A stretch of DNA of 64,000 nt from an archaeon (GTDB lineage: Archaea; Nanobdellota; Nanobdellia; Pacearchaeales; GW2011-AR1): the NCBI GenBank assembly GCA_043822125.1, contig JBDRCB010000009.1, forward strand, positions 15,736 to 79,735. The letters run 5' to 3'. A program made the translations under genes and the position numbers. This document shows positions 9,197 to 18,485 of the stretch, in pieces. How positions within the stretch are numbered: the first letter of the stretch is position 1; every line of letters starts with the position of its first letter. The notes under the pieces were generated by a model that worked only from the letters and a program-made list of their open reading frames with translations, ran no database searches and was not told where the DNA came from.

Positions 9197-9643
9197 TTAC
9201 TTCTTAGATAAAAGAAATTGCTTAGTAGTGCTTATAAATTTTTCTAACTTTTCTGCATACTCTTTCAGCTTCTCTAAATTAATATTTACCTCCTCTCCGC
9301 GGTAAAAAACTTTCAGGGCGACATTTTTTCTGAACTCGCCAATTCTTTCTGTTCTCAGTTCTTTTATCTTTCTGAACATTTCATACATTTCAATGATATC
9401 GAGAAAATTTTTGTCTTTTTTGAATAATTTTTTTACAGAATCAATTTTGCCTACAGGATTTGAAGGAATAGAAGAAATTTTTTTTTGTTTTTTTGCCTGT
9501 TTAAGAATTGACTCGATGCTTGTTTCAATCATACGCTTCCATCTTAGAATAAGATTTATAATTACGTCGCAGGTTTTTGTATATTTCAAGCTAACATAGA
9601 GAAGATGGTCTGCACTTATTTTTTCCTGAATTATATCCTCCAT
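9197..9643 (-). CDS. hypothetical helical protein (paralog of 9695..10159)
   Basis: 148 aa. It shares DHL(L/I)YV..., ...IL and EF.R... blocks with the neighbouring ORF. Confidence 0.5.
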   Translation of the reverse strand: MEDIIQEKISADHLLYVSLKYTKTCDVIINLILRWKRMIETSIESILKQAKKQKKISSIPSNPVGKIDSVKKLFKKDKNFLDIIEMYEMFRKIKELRTERIGEFRKNVALKVFYRGEEVNINLEKLKEYAEKLEKFISTTKQFLLSKK

Positions 9644-9694
9644 TTTAGAACTATCTTTTACTAGGATAAAGGGGTTTTTATATTTATCTTAAAA

Positions 9695-10159
9695 TTAAGA
9701 CCCAAACATTTTTTTTGCTTTTGACAAAACTCCTTTTGCCATTGTGATAAATTTTTTTGTTTTTTCAATTGTTAAAAAATGAGGATGAAAACTATTAGAC
9801 ATAATTACTATTTTTTCTTCCCTTACAAATTCCATTGGACTCTGTTTGTGTGCTTCTGCAAGTTGAAATAATTCCTTAATTAAATTAGTATCTTCTTCAG
9901 TGATTTTATACCGAGGAGCACATTTTTCCATAAATGTCCTGAGATTTTCTCGTGGCTCCTGATAGAGTTTTATTCTTTTGTAAAGATATTCATACTGCAA
10001 GATGGCATTTATACAGCTCGCCACTGCTGTTTTCATTTCAATTGTAATTTTAAGAAGAAGTCGTTTGTCTTTCACAATAGGGAATGTGACATAAATTAAA
10101 TGGTCGAGAGTTCTAATGATTTTTTCAGCATCCTGTAGATATTGCAGGGATTTTTCCAT
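9695..10159 (-). CDS. hypothetical helical protein (paralog of 9197..9643)
   Basis: 154 aa. Its block order is collinear with the neighbouring ORF. Confidence 0.5.
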   Translation of the reverse strand: MEKSLQYLQDAEKIIRTLDHLIYVTFPIVKDKRLLLKITIEMKTAVASCINAILQYEYLYKRIKLYQEPRENLRTFMEKCAPRYKITEEDTNLIKELFQLAEAHKQSPMEFVREEKIVIMSNSFHPHFLTIEKTKKFITMAKGVLSKAKKMFGS

Positions 10160-10225
10160 AAAATTAGAGATATTTTAAATTCATATAAATTGTGGTAATA
10201 GAATATTATATAGAGTTAAAAATTT

Positions 10226-10561
10226 TTATTCTTTATCTTCACTCAACTCTAAAATCGCCTCAGCCAAGTCCCCTGTTTTTTCCAGTGCCTCGCGGGCTTG
10301 TTTTTCAGTGCAACCTGTTTTTTCAGTGATTGTCCGCACATCTTCTTCTGAAAATCCTGCTGATTCCTCTTGCACATCTCCTGAAATCTGAAAACTTTCC
10401 TGCCCCTGCATGCTGATTTTTGTTACAGAAGGATTTTCAATAATTATTCTGCTGTTGTCTGTCTTCTCAATTATAACTCTTTCAGCAGGAATCTCCTGAT
10501 TTGAAATCCCCATTTGCTTCATCAACGCCTGCATTTTTTTTGGATTCATTCCGCCGAACAT
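10226..10561 (-). CDS. nac: nascent polypeptide-associated complex protein (NAC)
   Basis: The N-terminus NPKKMQALMKQMGI, a NAC beta-barrel and a C-terminal UBA-like segment (EEDVRTITEKTGCTEKQAREALEKTGDLAEAI). Confidence 0.8.
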   Translation of the reverse strand: MFGGMNPKKMQALMKQMGISNQEIPAERVIIEKTDNSRIIIENPSVTKISMQGQESFQISGDVQEESAGFSEEDVRTITEKTGCTEKQAREALEKTGDLAEAILELSEDKE

Positions 10562-10562
10562 T

Positions 10563-10721
10563 TTATTTGAAAATTATCCCAAGAGAAACCCTGAAAATTA
10601 TTATTAAAAATATAAATACAATTACATGTATCGGTTTTAAATTGAAAATACTCGAGTATTCCTCTTGAAATCTTGTCAGCCCCCCGAATCCAGCAGGCAT
10701 GTTGATTTTATTTTCAGCCAT
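10563..10721 (-). CDS. preprotein translocase subunit Sec61-beta (archaeal SecG)
   Basis: 52-aa ORF absent from the supplied track. MAENKINMPAGFGGLTRFQEEYSSIFNLKPIHVIVFIFLIIIF matches the aGLxRYxdE...kP..V + TM pattern. Its stop is 1 nt from the nac ATG. Confidence 0.65.
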   Translation of the reverse strand: MAENKINMPAGFGGLTRFQEEYSSIFNLKPIHVIVFIFLIIIFRVSLGIIFK

Positions 10722-10772
10722 ATTTATTTTAAATACAGATAGTTTTTAAAAGTTTCTTGGTTTGATTTTGAT

Positions 10773-13154
10773 ATGGCTGGAGAGAATTTTGATTTTAAGC
10801 AAATAGAGGAAAAGTGGAAAAAATTTTGGGAGAAGGAAAATATATATAAATTTGACTCAAAAAGCAGGAAAAAAATTTTTTCAGTTGACACTCCTCCACC
10901 AACAGTTTCAGGGGAAATGCACATTGGGCATGCATGTTCTTATGCTCAGCAGGATTTTATTATCAGATTTATGAGAATGAAAGGATTTAATGTATTTTAC
11001 CCTTTTGGAACAGATGACAACGGACTCCCAACTGAAAGGCTCGTGGAGAAGAGAAAAAAAATTTCTTCAAAAGAAATGTCAAGAGAGAAATTCATTAAAG
11101 TCTGCATGAATTTTTTAAAAGACGAATTGCCGGATTTTATCCAAGACTGGAAAAATATCGGGATAAGCTGCGATTGGGGTATTTATTACTCAACAATTGA
11201 CAAACACTCAAGGAGAATTTCCCAGTGGAGTTTTTTAGATTTATATAAGAAAAAAAGAATGGAGAGGAGAGATGCTCCTGCTATGTGGTGCCCTGAATGC
11301 AGAACAGGAGTCGCACAGGTTGAAGTTGAAGATAAAGAAATTCCTTCTTCATTTGTTGATGTTAAATTAAATGCTGAAGGAGAAGAAATAATTATTTCTA
11401 CTACACGCCCTGAATTATTCCCTGCCAGCGTCGCTGTTTTTTATCATCCTGAAGATAAGAGATATGAGCATCTTAAAGGGAAAAAAGCAAAAATACCTCT
11501 GTTTGACATTGAAGTCCCGATTATTGAGGATAAAAGAGCTAGTCCTGAAAAGGGGACAGGTATTGCATACTGCGCAACCTTCGGAGACCAGACAGACATG
11601 GAATGGCAGAAAGCATATAATCTTCCTATTAAAGAAGCGATTTCCAAGGAAGGGAAAATGACTTCTATTGCAGGAAAATACAAAGGGATGGATGTTAAAG
11701 ACGCGAGAGAAGAAATTATAAAAGATTTAAAGAAGCAGGGATTTTTAGTCAAGCAGGAGAAAATAAATCATGTTGTTAATGTTCATGAAAGGTGCGGAAC
11801 TGAAATTGAATTTGTTAAAAGCAAGCAGTGGTTTTTGAGGTACCTTGATTTGAAAAAAGAGATGATTAAATGGGGGAGTAAACTGAAATGGTATCCTGAA
11901 TTTATGAAGCACAGATATAACAGCTGGGTGAAAGGACTGCAGTGGGATTGGTTGGTTTCTAACCAGAGGCATTTTGGAGTTTCGTTTCCTGTTTGGTACT
12001 GCAAAAACTGCGAAGAAATTATAGTCGCTGATGAAAAGGATTTGCCTATTGACCCCTCTGAAGATAAACCCTCAATTAAAGAATGTCCTAAATGCAAATG
12101 CAGGGAATTCGTTCCAGAAAAAGATGTCCTAAATACTTGGTTCACTTCTTCAATGACTCCGCAGATAACAACTTATTTAATGTCAAAAGATGCTCAAAAA
12201 AAATTATTTCCTATGAGTCTAAGACCACAAGCGCATGAGATTATCTCATTCTGGTTGTTTAATACTGTTGTGAAATCTCAGCTTCATTTTAAAAAAAACC
12301 CCTGGAAGGATGTTGTAATTTCTGGTTTTGTTACACTCAAAGGAGAGAAGATGTCAAAATCAAAAGGGAATATTATAAGACCGCAGGAGGTTATGGAAAA
12401 ATACGGTGCTGATGCAATAAGATTCTGGGCAGCGTCGTCGAAACTCGGCAAAGATTTTGATTATCAAGAGAAAGATGTTGTCACAGGAAAAAAATTCATC
12501 ACAAAAATTTCAAATGCATCTAAATTTGTTTTTATGAATTTGAAAGACTGGAATGGGAAAAAGCCAGATAAGCTAGAGAAAATTGATGAATTGTTTTTGA
12601 AAAGATTAGATGTTCTAGTTAAAAATGTAACTTATAGATTTGAAAGATATGAATACTCCAATGCAAAATCTGAAGTTGAAGATTTTTTCTGGAAAGTATT
12701 TTGCGATAATTATCTGGAGATTGTTAAAAAAAGAATTTACAATGAAAAAGGAAATAAAAAGAAGTCTGCTCAATATACACTCTATCATTCGCTATTGACA
12801 ATTTTAAAATTAATTGCTCCAATTACCCCATTTATTACAGAAGAGATTTATCAGAATTATTTTAGAGAATATGAAAAAGAAAAGAGCATTCATATTTCTA
12901 ACTGGCCAAAAATTGAGGATTTAGAAAAAGAAAAATATGACAGGACATTTATGATTTTAATAGATATAATTGCGAGAATAAGAGCTGAAAAAACAAAAGC
13001 AAAAAAACCAATGAATTCCGAAATTGTTTTGACTCTTGACAAAAAAGACAAAGAAAAAATTAAAGAGATTTTAGATGATTTGAAAAGTGTTGTGAATGCG
13101 AAGGAGATTAAAGAGGGGAAATTTAAAGTGGAGTTTGTTAAATGTATTTTTTAG
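10773..13154 (+). CDS. valS: class I aminoacyl-tRNA synthetase, most likely valine--tRNA ligase
   Basis: VDTPPPTVSGEMHIGHA (HIGH), GTDDNGLPTE and KMSKSKGN. The 793-aa size fits archaeal ValRS better than IleRS or LeuRS. Confidence 0.7.
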   Translation: MAGENFDFKQIEEKWKKFWEKENIYKFDSKSRKKIFSVDTPPPTVSGEMHIGHACSYAQQDFIIRFMRMKGFNVFYPFGTDDNGLPTERLVEKRKKISSKEMSREKFIKVCMNFLKDELPDFIQDWKNIGISCDWGIYYSTIDKHSRRISQWSFLDLYKKKRMERRDAPAMWCPECRTGVAQVEVEDKEIPSSFVDVKLNAEGEEIIISTTRPELFPASVAVFYHPEDKRYEHLKGKKAKIPLFDIEVPIIEDKRASPEKGTGIAYCATFGDQTDMEWQKAYNLPIKEAISKEGKMTSIAGKYKGMDVKDAREEIIKDLKKQGFLVKQEKINHVVNVHERCGTEIEFVKSKQWFLRYLDLKKEMIKWGSKLKWYPEFMKHRYNSWVKGLQWDWLVSNQRHFGVSFPVWYCKNCEEIIVADEKDLPIDPSEDKPSIKECPKCKCREFVPEKDVLNTWFTSSMTPQITTYLMSKDAQKKLFPMSLRPQAHEIISFWLFNTVVKSQLHFKKNPWKDVVISGFVTLKGEKMSKSKGNIIRPQEVMEKYGADAIRFWAASSKLGKDFDYQEKDVVTGKKFITKISNASKFVFMNLKDWNGKKPDKLEKIDELFLKRLDVLVKNVTYRFERYEYSNAKSEVEDFFWKVFCDNYLEIVKKRIYNEKGNKKKSAQYTLYHSLLTILKLIAPITPFITEEIYQNYFREYEKEKSIHISNWPKIEDLEKEKYDRTFMILIDIIARIRAEKTKAKKPMNSEIVLTLDKKDKEKIKEILDDLKSVVNAKEIKEGKFKVEFVKCIF

Positions 13155-13187
13155 TATAGATTTATTTTTAAAGATTGAATTGTAAAG

Positions 13188-13328
13188 ATGTTAATGGAAG
13201 ATGGTTTTCTTACTATTGATGAAGCGAGAGATCTTGTAGAATATATAGATAAAGAAGGCATTGTTAGTTCAACTCAAGATATTTTAGATTCAGATGTAAT
13301 TCCAATATTAAAAGAATTAGTTGTATAA
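13188..13328 (+). CDS. small acidic hypothetical protein (46 aa)
   Basis: ORF found by hand: MLMEDGFLTIDEARDLVEYIDKEGIVSSTQDILDSDVIPILKELVV. Its stop is 1 nt before the ATG at 13330. Confidence 0.3.
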   Translation: MLMEDGFLTIDEARDLVEYIDKEGIVSSTQDILDSDVIPILKELVV

Positions 13329-13329
13329 A

Positions 13330-14811
13330 ATGGCAAAAAGCTTAGTTTCAAAACTTTCAAAAGACGAAGAACAATTGAGAAGATTTCAATTGCAATGTAT
13401 TTCTCCTGATGATGCTAAGTATGGAAAAACATCCAGACTATTAAGTAAATATTTGAGTGCTGAAGCAGAATGGGGAGCTTGTGCTTATGTTCAGAGAACT
13501 CTGCTTGAAACACGTATCGCTTTTGGAAAAGCTGAACAAATTGATTTAGATAAAATTGATAAGGCGTTAGAATTATTTGATCCTTTGAATGTAACTTTGC
13601 TTGAAGAAAATTCCCAAAAAGAAGGGGGTACAAGACATGATCAACTTGCAGTAATTAAAGAGATGGGAAATGAAGAGTTATTACATCCTGGGACTACTTC
13701 TTATGATATTTTAGATACTGCAAGAAGTTATTTGTTTAAGGGAGCTTGGAAGGAAGTTATCAGGCCAGAGATTATAAGAGCAATTAGAAAATTTAGTGAT
13801 ATGGCTGAGAGATTTGTTGAAGCTGATGAAAGGGCTTTGGAAAATGGAAAAAGAATGCCTTATCTTCAAAAAGGTAGGACGCACTTACAAGATACTTCTC
13901 CTGTGCCTTTTGGTGTTACTTTAGCTGGTTATGCAGAAAGATTAGCTAGTAGAGTTGAAAGGTGTGATTTTTATTTTAATGATTTACGTGGGAAAATTTC
14001 TGGAATTGTTGGAACTGGGGCAAGTATTGATATGGTGATTTGTGAAGGAGAGTCTTTGAATTTTGAATTAACTGCATTAAATAAATTGGATTTGAAACCT
14101 GATATTGCAGCCACACAGGTTGTTCAAAAAGAAAGATTGGCTGATGTTGGACATGGGCTGACTTCTTTGATGTTTGTTTTAAGGGATTTTGCTAATGATA
14201 TGAGGATACTTTATTCGTCGGCAATTGGAGAAGTTACTTCAAGAGACAATGCTGAAAGACTTGGAGGAAGTAGTGCTGATGCAACGAAAAATAATCCGAT
14301 TGAATATGAGAATCTCAGAGGAAAAGCTATTATCGTTGGGAGTGGAATGCCAATTTTATATGATATGATTGTTTCTGATTTACAAAGAGATTTAAGTAGT
14401 TCTGTTGAAGCAAGATATCAACCTCAACAAATGATGGTTCAGACTTATGAAGCTTTTTTTAGATTAAATAAATCTTTAGACCAACTTTTTGTTAATGAAG
14501 ATAAAATGGCTGAGAACTTAGAAAATGTAAGAAAAAATCCAAGTGAGGCGATGGTTGCAATTTTAAGAGGAGAAAAATGGGTTCATTCAAATTATGGTGT
14601 TGGACATGACTTTGTCAAAGAAATTGGAAAGATAGCAAAGAAAAATGATAAACCTTTACTCGCTGTTGCTTTAGAAGATTTGGAATTTAGAAATTTTTAT
14701 GAAAAATTACCTGATAATAAAAAAGATATTCTTGCTGGAAAATTAGAGAAATATGTTGGTTCTGCATTTCAAAGAGCTAGGAAGAATATTTCTTATGCTA
14801 AATCAATTTAA
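13330..14811 (+). CDS. adenylosuccinate-lyase-like (fumarate lyase superfamily) protein with a divergent signature loop
   Basis: ISPDDAKYG, HPGTTSYDILDTA, GRTHLQDTSPVPFG and GGSSADATKNNP (compare G-S-x-x-M-x-x-K-x-N). I chose the ATG at 13330; the track's TTG start at 13321 is less likely. Confidence 0.65.
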   Translation: MAKSLVSKLSKDEEQLRRFQLQCISPDDAKYGKTSRLLSKYLSAEAEWGACAYVQRTLLETRIAFGKAEQIDLDKIDKALELFDPLNVTLLEENSQKEGGTRHDQLAVIKEMGNEELLHPGTTSYDILDTARSYLFKGAWKEVIRPEIIRAIRKFSDMAERFVEADERALENGKRMPYLQKGRTHLQDTSPVPFGVTLAGYAERLASRVERCDFYFNDLRGKISGIVGTGASIDMVICEGESLNFELTALNKLDLKPDIAATQVVQKERLADVGHGLTSLMFVLRDFANDMRILYSSAIGEVTSRDNAERLGGSSADATKNNPIEYENLRGKAIIVGSGMPILYDMIVSDLQRDLSSSVEARYQPQQMMVQTYEAFFRLNKSLDQLFVNEDKMAENLENVRKNPSEAMVAILRGEKWVHSNYGVGHDFVKEIGKIAKKNDKPLLAVALEDLEFRNFYEKLPDNKKDILAGKLEKYVGSAFQRARKNISYAKSI

Positions 14812-14849
14812 TAACCAAATTTTAAAAACTCTCTTTCTCTTTCTTAATC

Positions 14850-15935
14850 ATGCCTACAACAAAAGACGAATTGGAAGATATTTTAGAAGAGCTTAAACAG
14901 CATCGCGGACGGCACACAGAGCTGATTAGTGTTTTAATACCTGCAGATTATGATGTTAATTCTGTGCAGAGGCAGCTGGAGGCAGAAAAATCTACTGCGA
15001 AAAACATTAAATCAACTTCTACTAGGAAAAATGTTATTGATGCACTTGAAAAAATTGTTAGGTATTTGAAGACATTGAAGCAGACTCCTAAAAACGGGCT
15101 TGCGATTTATTCTGGGAATGTTTCAAAAGTCGAGGGGCAGGATGATCTGCAGTTGTGGGTTATTGAACCTCCTATGCAGTTGAAAACAAGATTATACCGG
15201 TGTGACAAGGAGTTTGTCGTTGAACCATTGGAAAATATGCTTGAAGTTGAAGAAGTCTTCGGACTTTTAGTTATGGACAGAAAAGAAGCAACAATCGGAT
15301 TGCTTGAAGGAAAGCGAATAGAAGTTCTGCAGAAAATGACATCTGGGATTCCTTCAAAGGTTCGGGCAGGGGGTCAAAGTAGTCAGCGTTTTCACAGAAT
15401 TACAGAAGGGATGACTAAAGAGTTTTATAAAAGAGTAGCAGAAGAAATGAAGAAGATTTTTTTTGATATGCCAAAGCTTAAAGGAATTTTAATTGGAGGG
15501 CCCATTCCAACAAAAGATGAATTTATAGACGGAGAATATTTAGCAACTAAACTTAGAGAAAAAATAATCGGAAGAGTTGATATCGGCGACTCTGATGAAT
15601 CTGGTTTGCACGAACTTGTGGAAAAATCCTATGAAATCTTAGCAGATCAGGAAATGATGCAGGAGAAAAAACTTCTTGAGAAGTTTTTTCAGACACTCGG
15701 GGAAAAGCCAGAACTAACTGCATTGAAAGAGCCAGCGACGAGAAAAGCACTTGGATATGGAGCTGTTGATATTCTGATTCTATCCAAGGAGCTTGATAAA
15801 AAAACATTAAAAGAATTTAAAAAATTAGCAGAAAACATCGGCTCCAAAGTCGAAGTTGTTTCAGTAGAGACAGAAGAAGGACAGCAATTCTGGAATCTTA
15901 GTGGAATTGGTGCAATTCTTAGATATAAAATTTAA
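14850..15935 (+). CDS. prf1: peptide chain release factor aRF1
   Basis: NIKS motif (TAKNIKSTSTRKN) and GGQ motif (RAGGQSSQRF). Confidence 0.9.
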   Translation: MPTTKDELEDILEELKQHRGRHTELISVLIPADYDVNSVQRQLEAEKSTAKNIKSTSTRKNVIDALEKIVRYLKTLKQTPKNGLAIYSGNVSKVEGQDDLQLWVIEPPMQLKTRLYRCDKEFVVEPLENMLEVEEVFGLLVMDRKEATIGLLEGKRIEVLQKMTSGIPSKVRAGGQSSQRFHRITEGMTKEFYKRVAEEMKKIFFDMPKLKGILIGGPIPTKDEFIDGEYLATKLREKIIGRVDIGDSDESGLHELVEKSYEILADQEMMQEKKLLEKFFQTLGEKPELTALKEPATRKALGYGAVDILILSKELDKKTLKEFKKLAENIGSKVEVVSVETEEGQQFWNLSGIGAILRYKI

Positions 15936-15997
15936 CTTTTTTGACTAAATTTGTTTTATATAAGTAATGCTTTTAAACAAGAGAAACTATTTTGAAT

Positions 15998-16543
15998 ATG
16001 GTTACTGCTAAAACTTTTGATGAGATTGACAGAGAGAAGGAAAAAGAAGGGATGAAAAAATTAGAGGCGATTTTTTTTGTTTCAGGCAGGTTTCTTTCAA
16101 TGCAGGAACTTGTTTCTCTAAGTGATTTAAACCCTATGTTAATAAATGAATTTATTGAGAAGCTTAAAGAAAAATATAGTCAAGATGATTTTTCAATTCA
16201 AATTATTGAAAAAAATAACATGTGGAAGATGGATGTTAAGCCAGAGTTTTCTGATATCATTAATAAACTAGCGACTGGAAGTGCAGAATTCTCAAAAGCA
16301 GAGCAGGAAACACTCGCGATTATTGCATATAAACAACCAATTAAGCAGTCAGTAATAATTAAAATAAGGGGGAATAAAGCCTACGAACACATAAAAAAAT
16401 TTTCTGATTTGGAATTGATAAAAAAGAAAAAAGTCGGGCACACACAGGAAATCACTTTAAGTGATGATTTTTATAATTATTTCGGAGTGGAAGGGAAAAA
16501 TTTAGCACAAGAATCTTTAAGTAGTAAAAATTTTAACCAGTAA
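15998..16543 (+). CDS. scpB: segregation and condensation protein B (ScpB)
   Basis: LEAIFFVSGRFLSMQEL and EQETLAIIAYKQPIKQSVIIKIRG are tandem winged-helix ScpB signatures. I chose the ATG at 15998; the track used TTG at 15992. Confidence 0.7.
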   Translation: MVTAKTFDEIDREKEKEGMKKLEAIFFVSGRFLSMQELVSLSDLNPMLINEFIEKLKEKYSQDDFSIQIIEKNNMWKMDVKPEFSDIINKLATGSAEFSKAEQETLAIIAYKQPIKQSVIIKIRGNKAYEHIKKFSDLELIKKKKVGHTQEITLSDDFYNYFGVEGKNLAQESLSSKNFNQ

Positions 16544-16544
16544 A

Positions 16545-17774
16545 ATGGAAGCTCTCTCAGTTGTTTATCTTGGATATATATTTGTGTCAATTTATTTTTT
16601 GTCTTTGTTTTTACTGCTATACTCTAAAAACAAAAAAAATCTTTTTGATTTTCCAAGAACAAACCGCAAATACAGCATTTCAGTAATAGTTCCTGCTTTC
16701 AATGAAGAGAATACTGTTGAAAATACAGTAAATTCTATTTTAAATATAGATTATCCTTATTTGAAAGAGATTCTTGTTGTTGACGACGGAAGCACTGACA
16801 AGACATGGGAGATTATTCAGAGATTAGCCAAGGAAAACAAAATTGTCAAAGCATTTACTAAAAAGAATGAAGGAAGCAAGGCAGGGCCATTGAACTTTGC
16901 TCTTAAAAAAGTAAAGAGTGACTTAGTGGTTGTTGTCGACGCTGACTCTTATCCTGCAAAGGATTCTTTTAAGAAGATGGTTGGGTTTTTTGATGATGAA
17001 AAAGTGGGTGCTGTTACTTGTTTTTTTGTTCCGAAAAACAGCAAAACCTTTTTTGAAAAATTGCAGACAATTGAATATTGTATTATAGCTTTTACAAGAA
17101 AACTTCTGGATTATGTTGATGCTATTTATGTCACACCAGGACCGACTGCTATGTATAAGACATCTTATTTGAAGAAAATTGGTGGATTTGATATGGAAAA
17201 CATGACAGAAGATATTGAGGCAACTTGGCATCTTGCTCATGAAGGTTACAGTAGGAGAATGTGTTTAGATACTCATGCAACAACAACAGTTCCATCTAAA
17301 TTTAAAAACTGGTATCGCCAGCGACGCAGGTGGAACATTGGAGGACTGCAGTGCATTTCAAAATATAAATCCTGTTTTCTAAAAAAAGGGATGCTCGGCT
17401 TTTTCATACTTCCTTTTTTTGTTCTTCAGTTATTTTTAGGGCTTGTTGGCTTGAGTATTTTTGTTTATCTAGTAACAACGAGAATTTTGACAAATTATCT
17501 TTTTACAAAGTACTCTATTGAGGTTGGAACACCCCTCATTACAATGAATGACTTTTTTGTGACTCCAAGTTTTCTTAATTATCTTGGAATTATTCTTTTT
17601 GTTTTCGGGGGTTTGTTTTCAATATTAGTTTTATCTGTGATGAAATCAGAGATATTAAAAAAGCAAAATATTTTTAATATCTTCTTTTACTTAATTGTAT
17701 ATCTATCAATATATCCTTTTATCATGATATCTGCAATATATCATTTTACTAAAAAAAAGAAAAAATGGAGATAA
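16545..17774 (+). CDS. processive family-2 glycosyltransferase (cellulose/chitin/PNAG-synthase-like), polytopic membrane protein
   Basis: SVIVPAFNEE, VVDDGSTD, VVVDADS, MTEDIEATW (TED) and WYRQRRRWNIGG (QxxRW). One N-terminal and several C-terminal TM segments. Confidence 0.8.
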   Translation: MEALSVVYLGYIFVSIYFLSLFLLLYSKNKKNLFDFPRTNRKYSISVIVPAFNEENTVENTVNSILNIDYPYLKEILVVDDGSTDKTWEIIQRLAKENKIVKAFTKKNEGSKAGPLNFALKKVKSDLVVVVDADSYPAKDSFKKMVGFFDDEKVGAVTCFFVPKNSKTFFEKLQTIEYCIIAFTRKLLDYVDAIYVTPGPTAMYKTSYLKKIGGFDMENMTEDIEATWHLAHEGYSRRMCLDTHATTTVPSKFKNWYRQRRRWNIGGLQCISKYKSCFLKKGMLGFFILPFFVLQLFLGLVGLSIFVYLVTTRILTNYLFTKYSIEVGTPLITMNDFFVTPSFLNYLGIILFVFGGLFSILVLSVMKSEILKKQNIFNIFFYLIVYLSIYPFIMISAIYHFTKKKKKWR

Positions 17775-17775
17775 A

Positions 17776-18432
17776 ATGGCTGGAAATCAAAAATGGTTTT
17801 TTTTGTATGCTCTAATTGTAACTTTTGTTGTGTTTAATCTTGGTATTTTTATGGGCTATATGCTGGAGTCGTCGAGGATTGACAGGATAAATAAAATGTA
17901 TCTTGAATCAGAGATGGAACTGCTGGATCAGAGAATCCAAAAAGAGGCTATGGATATTATTGAGCTTAACTGCGATATGCTTATTAAAGAAAATATTGAT
18001 TTTGCAGACAGAATTTTTGAAGAGGCGATGAAGATACAGGAAATTGAAGATGCCAACCGGCTGACAGAAGAAGTAGATTTTCAGCATAAGAGATATGATC
18101 TGCTAAGAACTTTGTTTTGGATTAACAGTATAAGGATAAGGGAAAAATGCGACGCTGATTATAATAATATAGTTTATTTTTATAAATACAACAACCCTTC
18201 TGTGGAGCAGAAAGCAAAGCAGAGATTTTTTTCAAATCTTCTTTTTGAACTTAAAAAAGAAAAGGGAGATAGCATAATGCTGATTCCTATTGCTGCTGAC
18301 AATAACCTTCCTTCTATTAATTTGCTTTTAGATAAATATGAAATTAAAGAGCTTCCTGTTATTCTTATTGACGAGAATGTGAAGGTAACAGGTCTTCAAA
18401 GCAAAGAGGATATAGAAAAACATCTAAAATAA
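17776..18432 (+). CDS. single-pass membrane protein, hypothetical
   Basis: N-terminal TM segment (FFLYALIVTFVVFNLGIFMGYML). The start is 1 nt after the GT2 stop. No catalytic motif recognised. Confidence 0.5.
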   Translation: MAGNQKWFFLYALIVTFVVFNLGIFMGYMLESSRIDRINKMYLESEMELLDQRIQKEAMDIIELNCDMLIKENIDFADRIFEEAMKIQEIEDANRLTEEVDFQHKRYDLLRTLFWINSIRIREKCDADYNNIVYFYKYNNPSVEQKAKQRFFSNLLFELKKEKGDSIMLIPIAADNNLPSINLLLDKYEIKELPVILIDENVKVTGLQSKEDIEKHLK

Positions 18433-18485
18433 TTTATTCTTTTCACCACCATAGTCTTAAAAAAGAGGAGTTTCCCATTTATTTA

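Noticed and set aside
14850-15935. aRF1 looked short (361 aa), so I considered whether a domain is missing or the gene is truncated.
   Set aside because: The NIKS and GGQ motifs and a C-terminal domain are all present in order. I cannot establish a real deletion without an alignment, so I do not report it as a finding.
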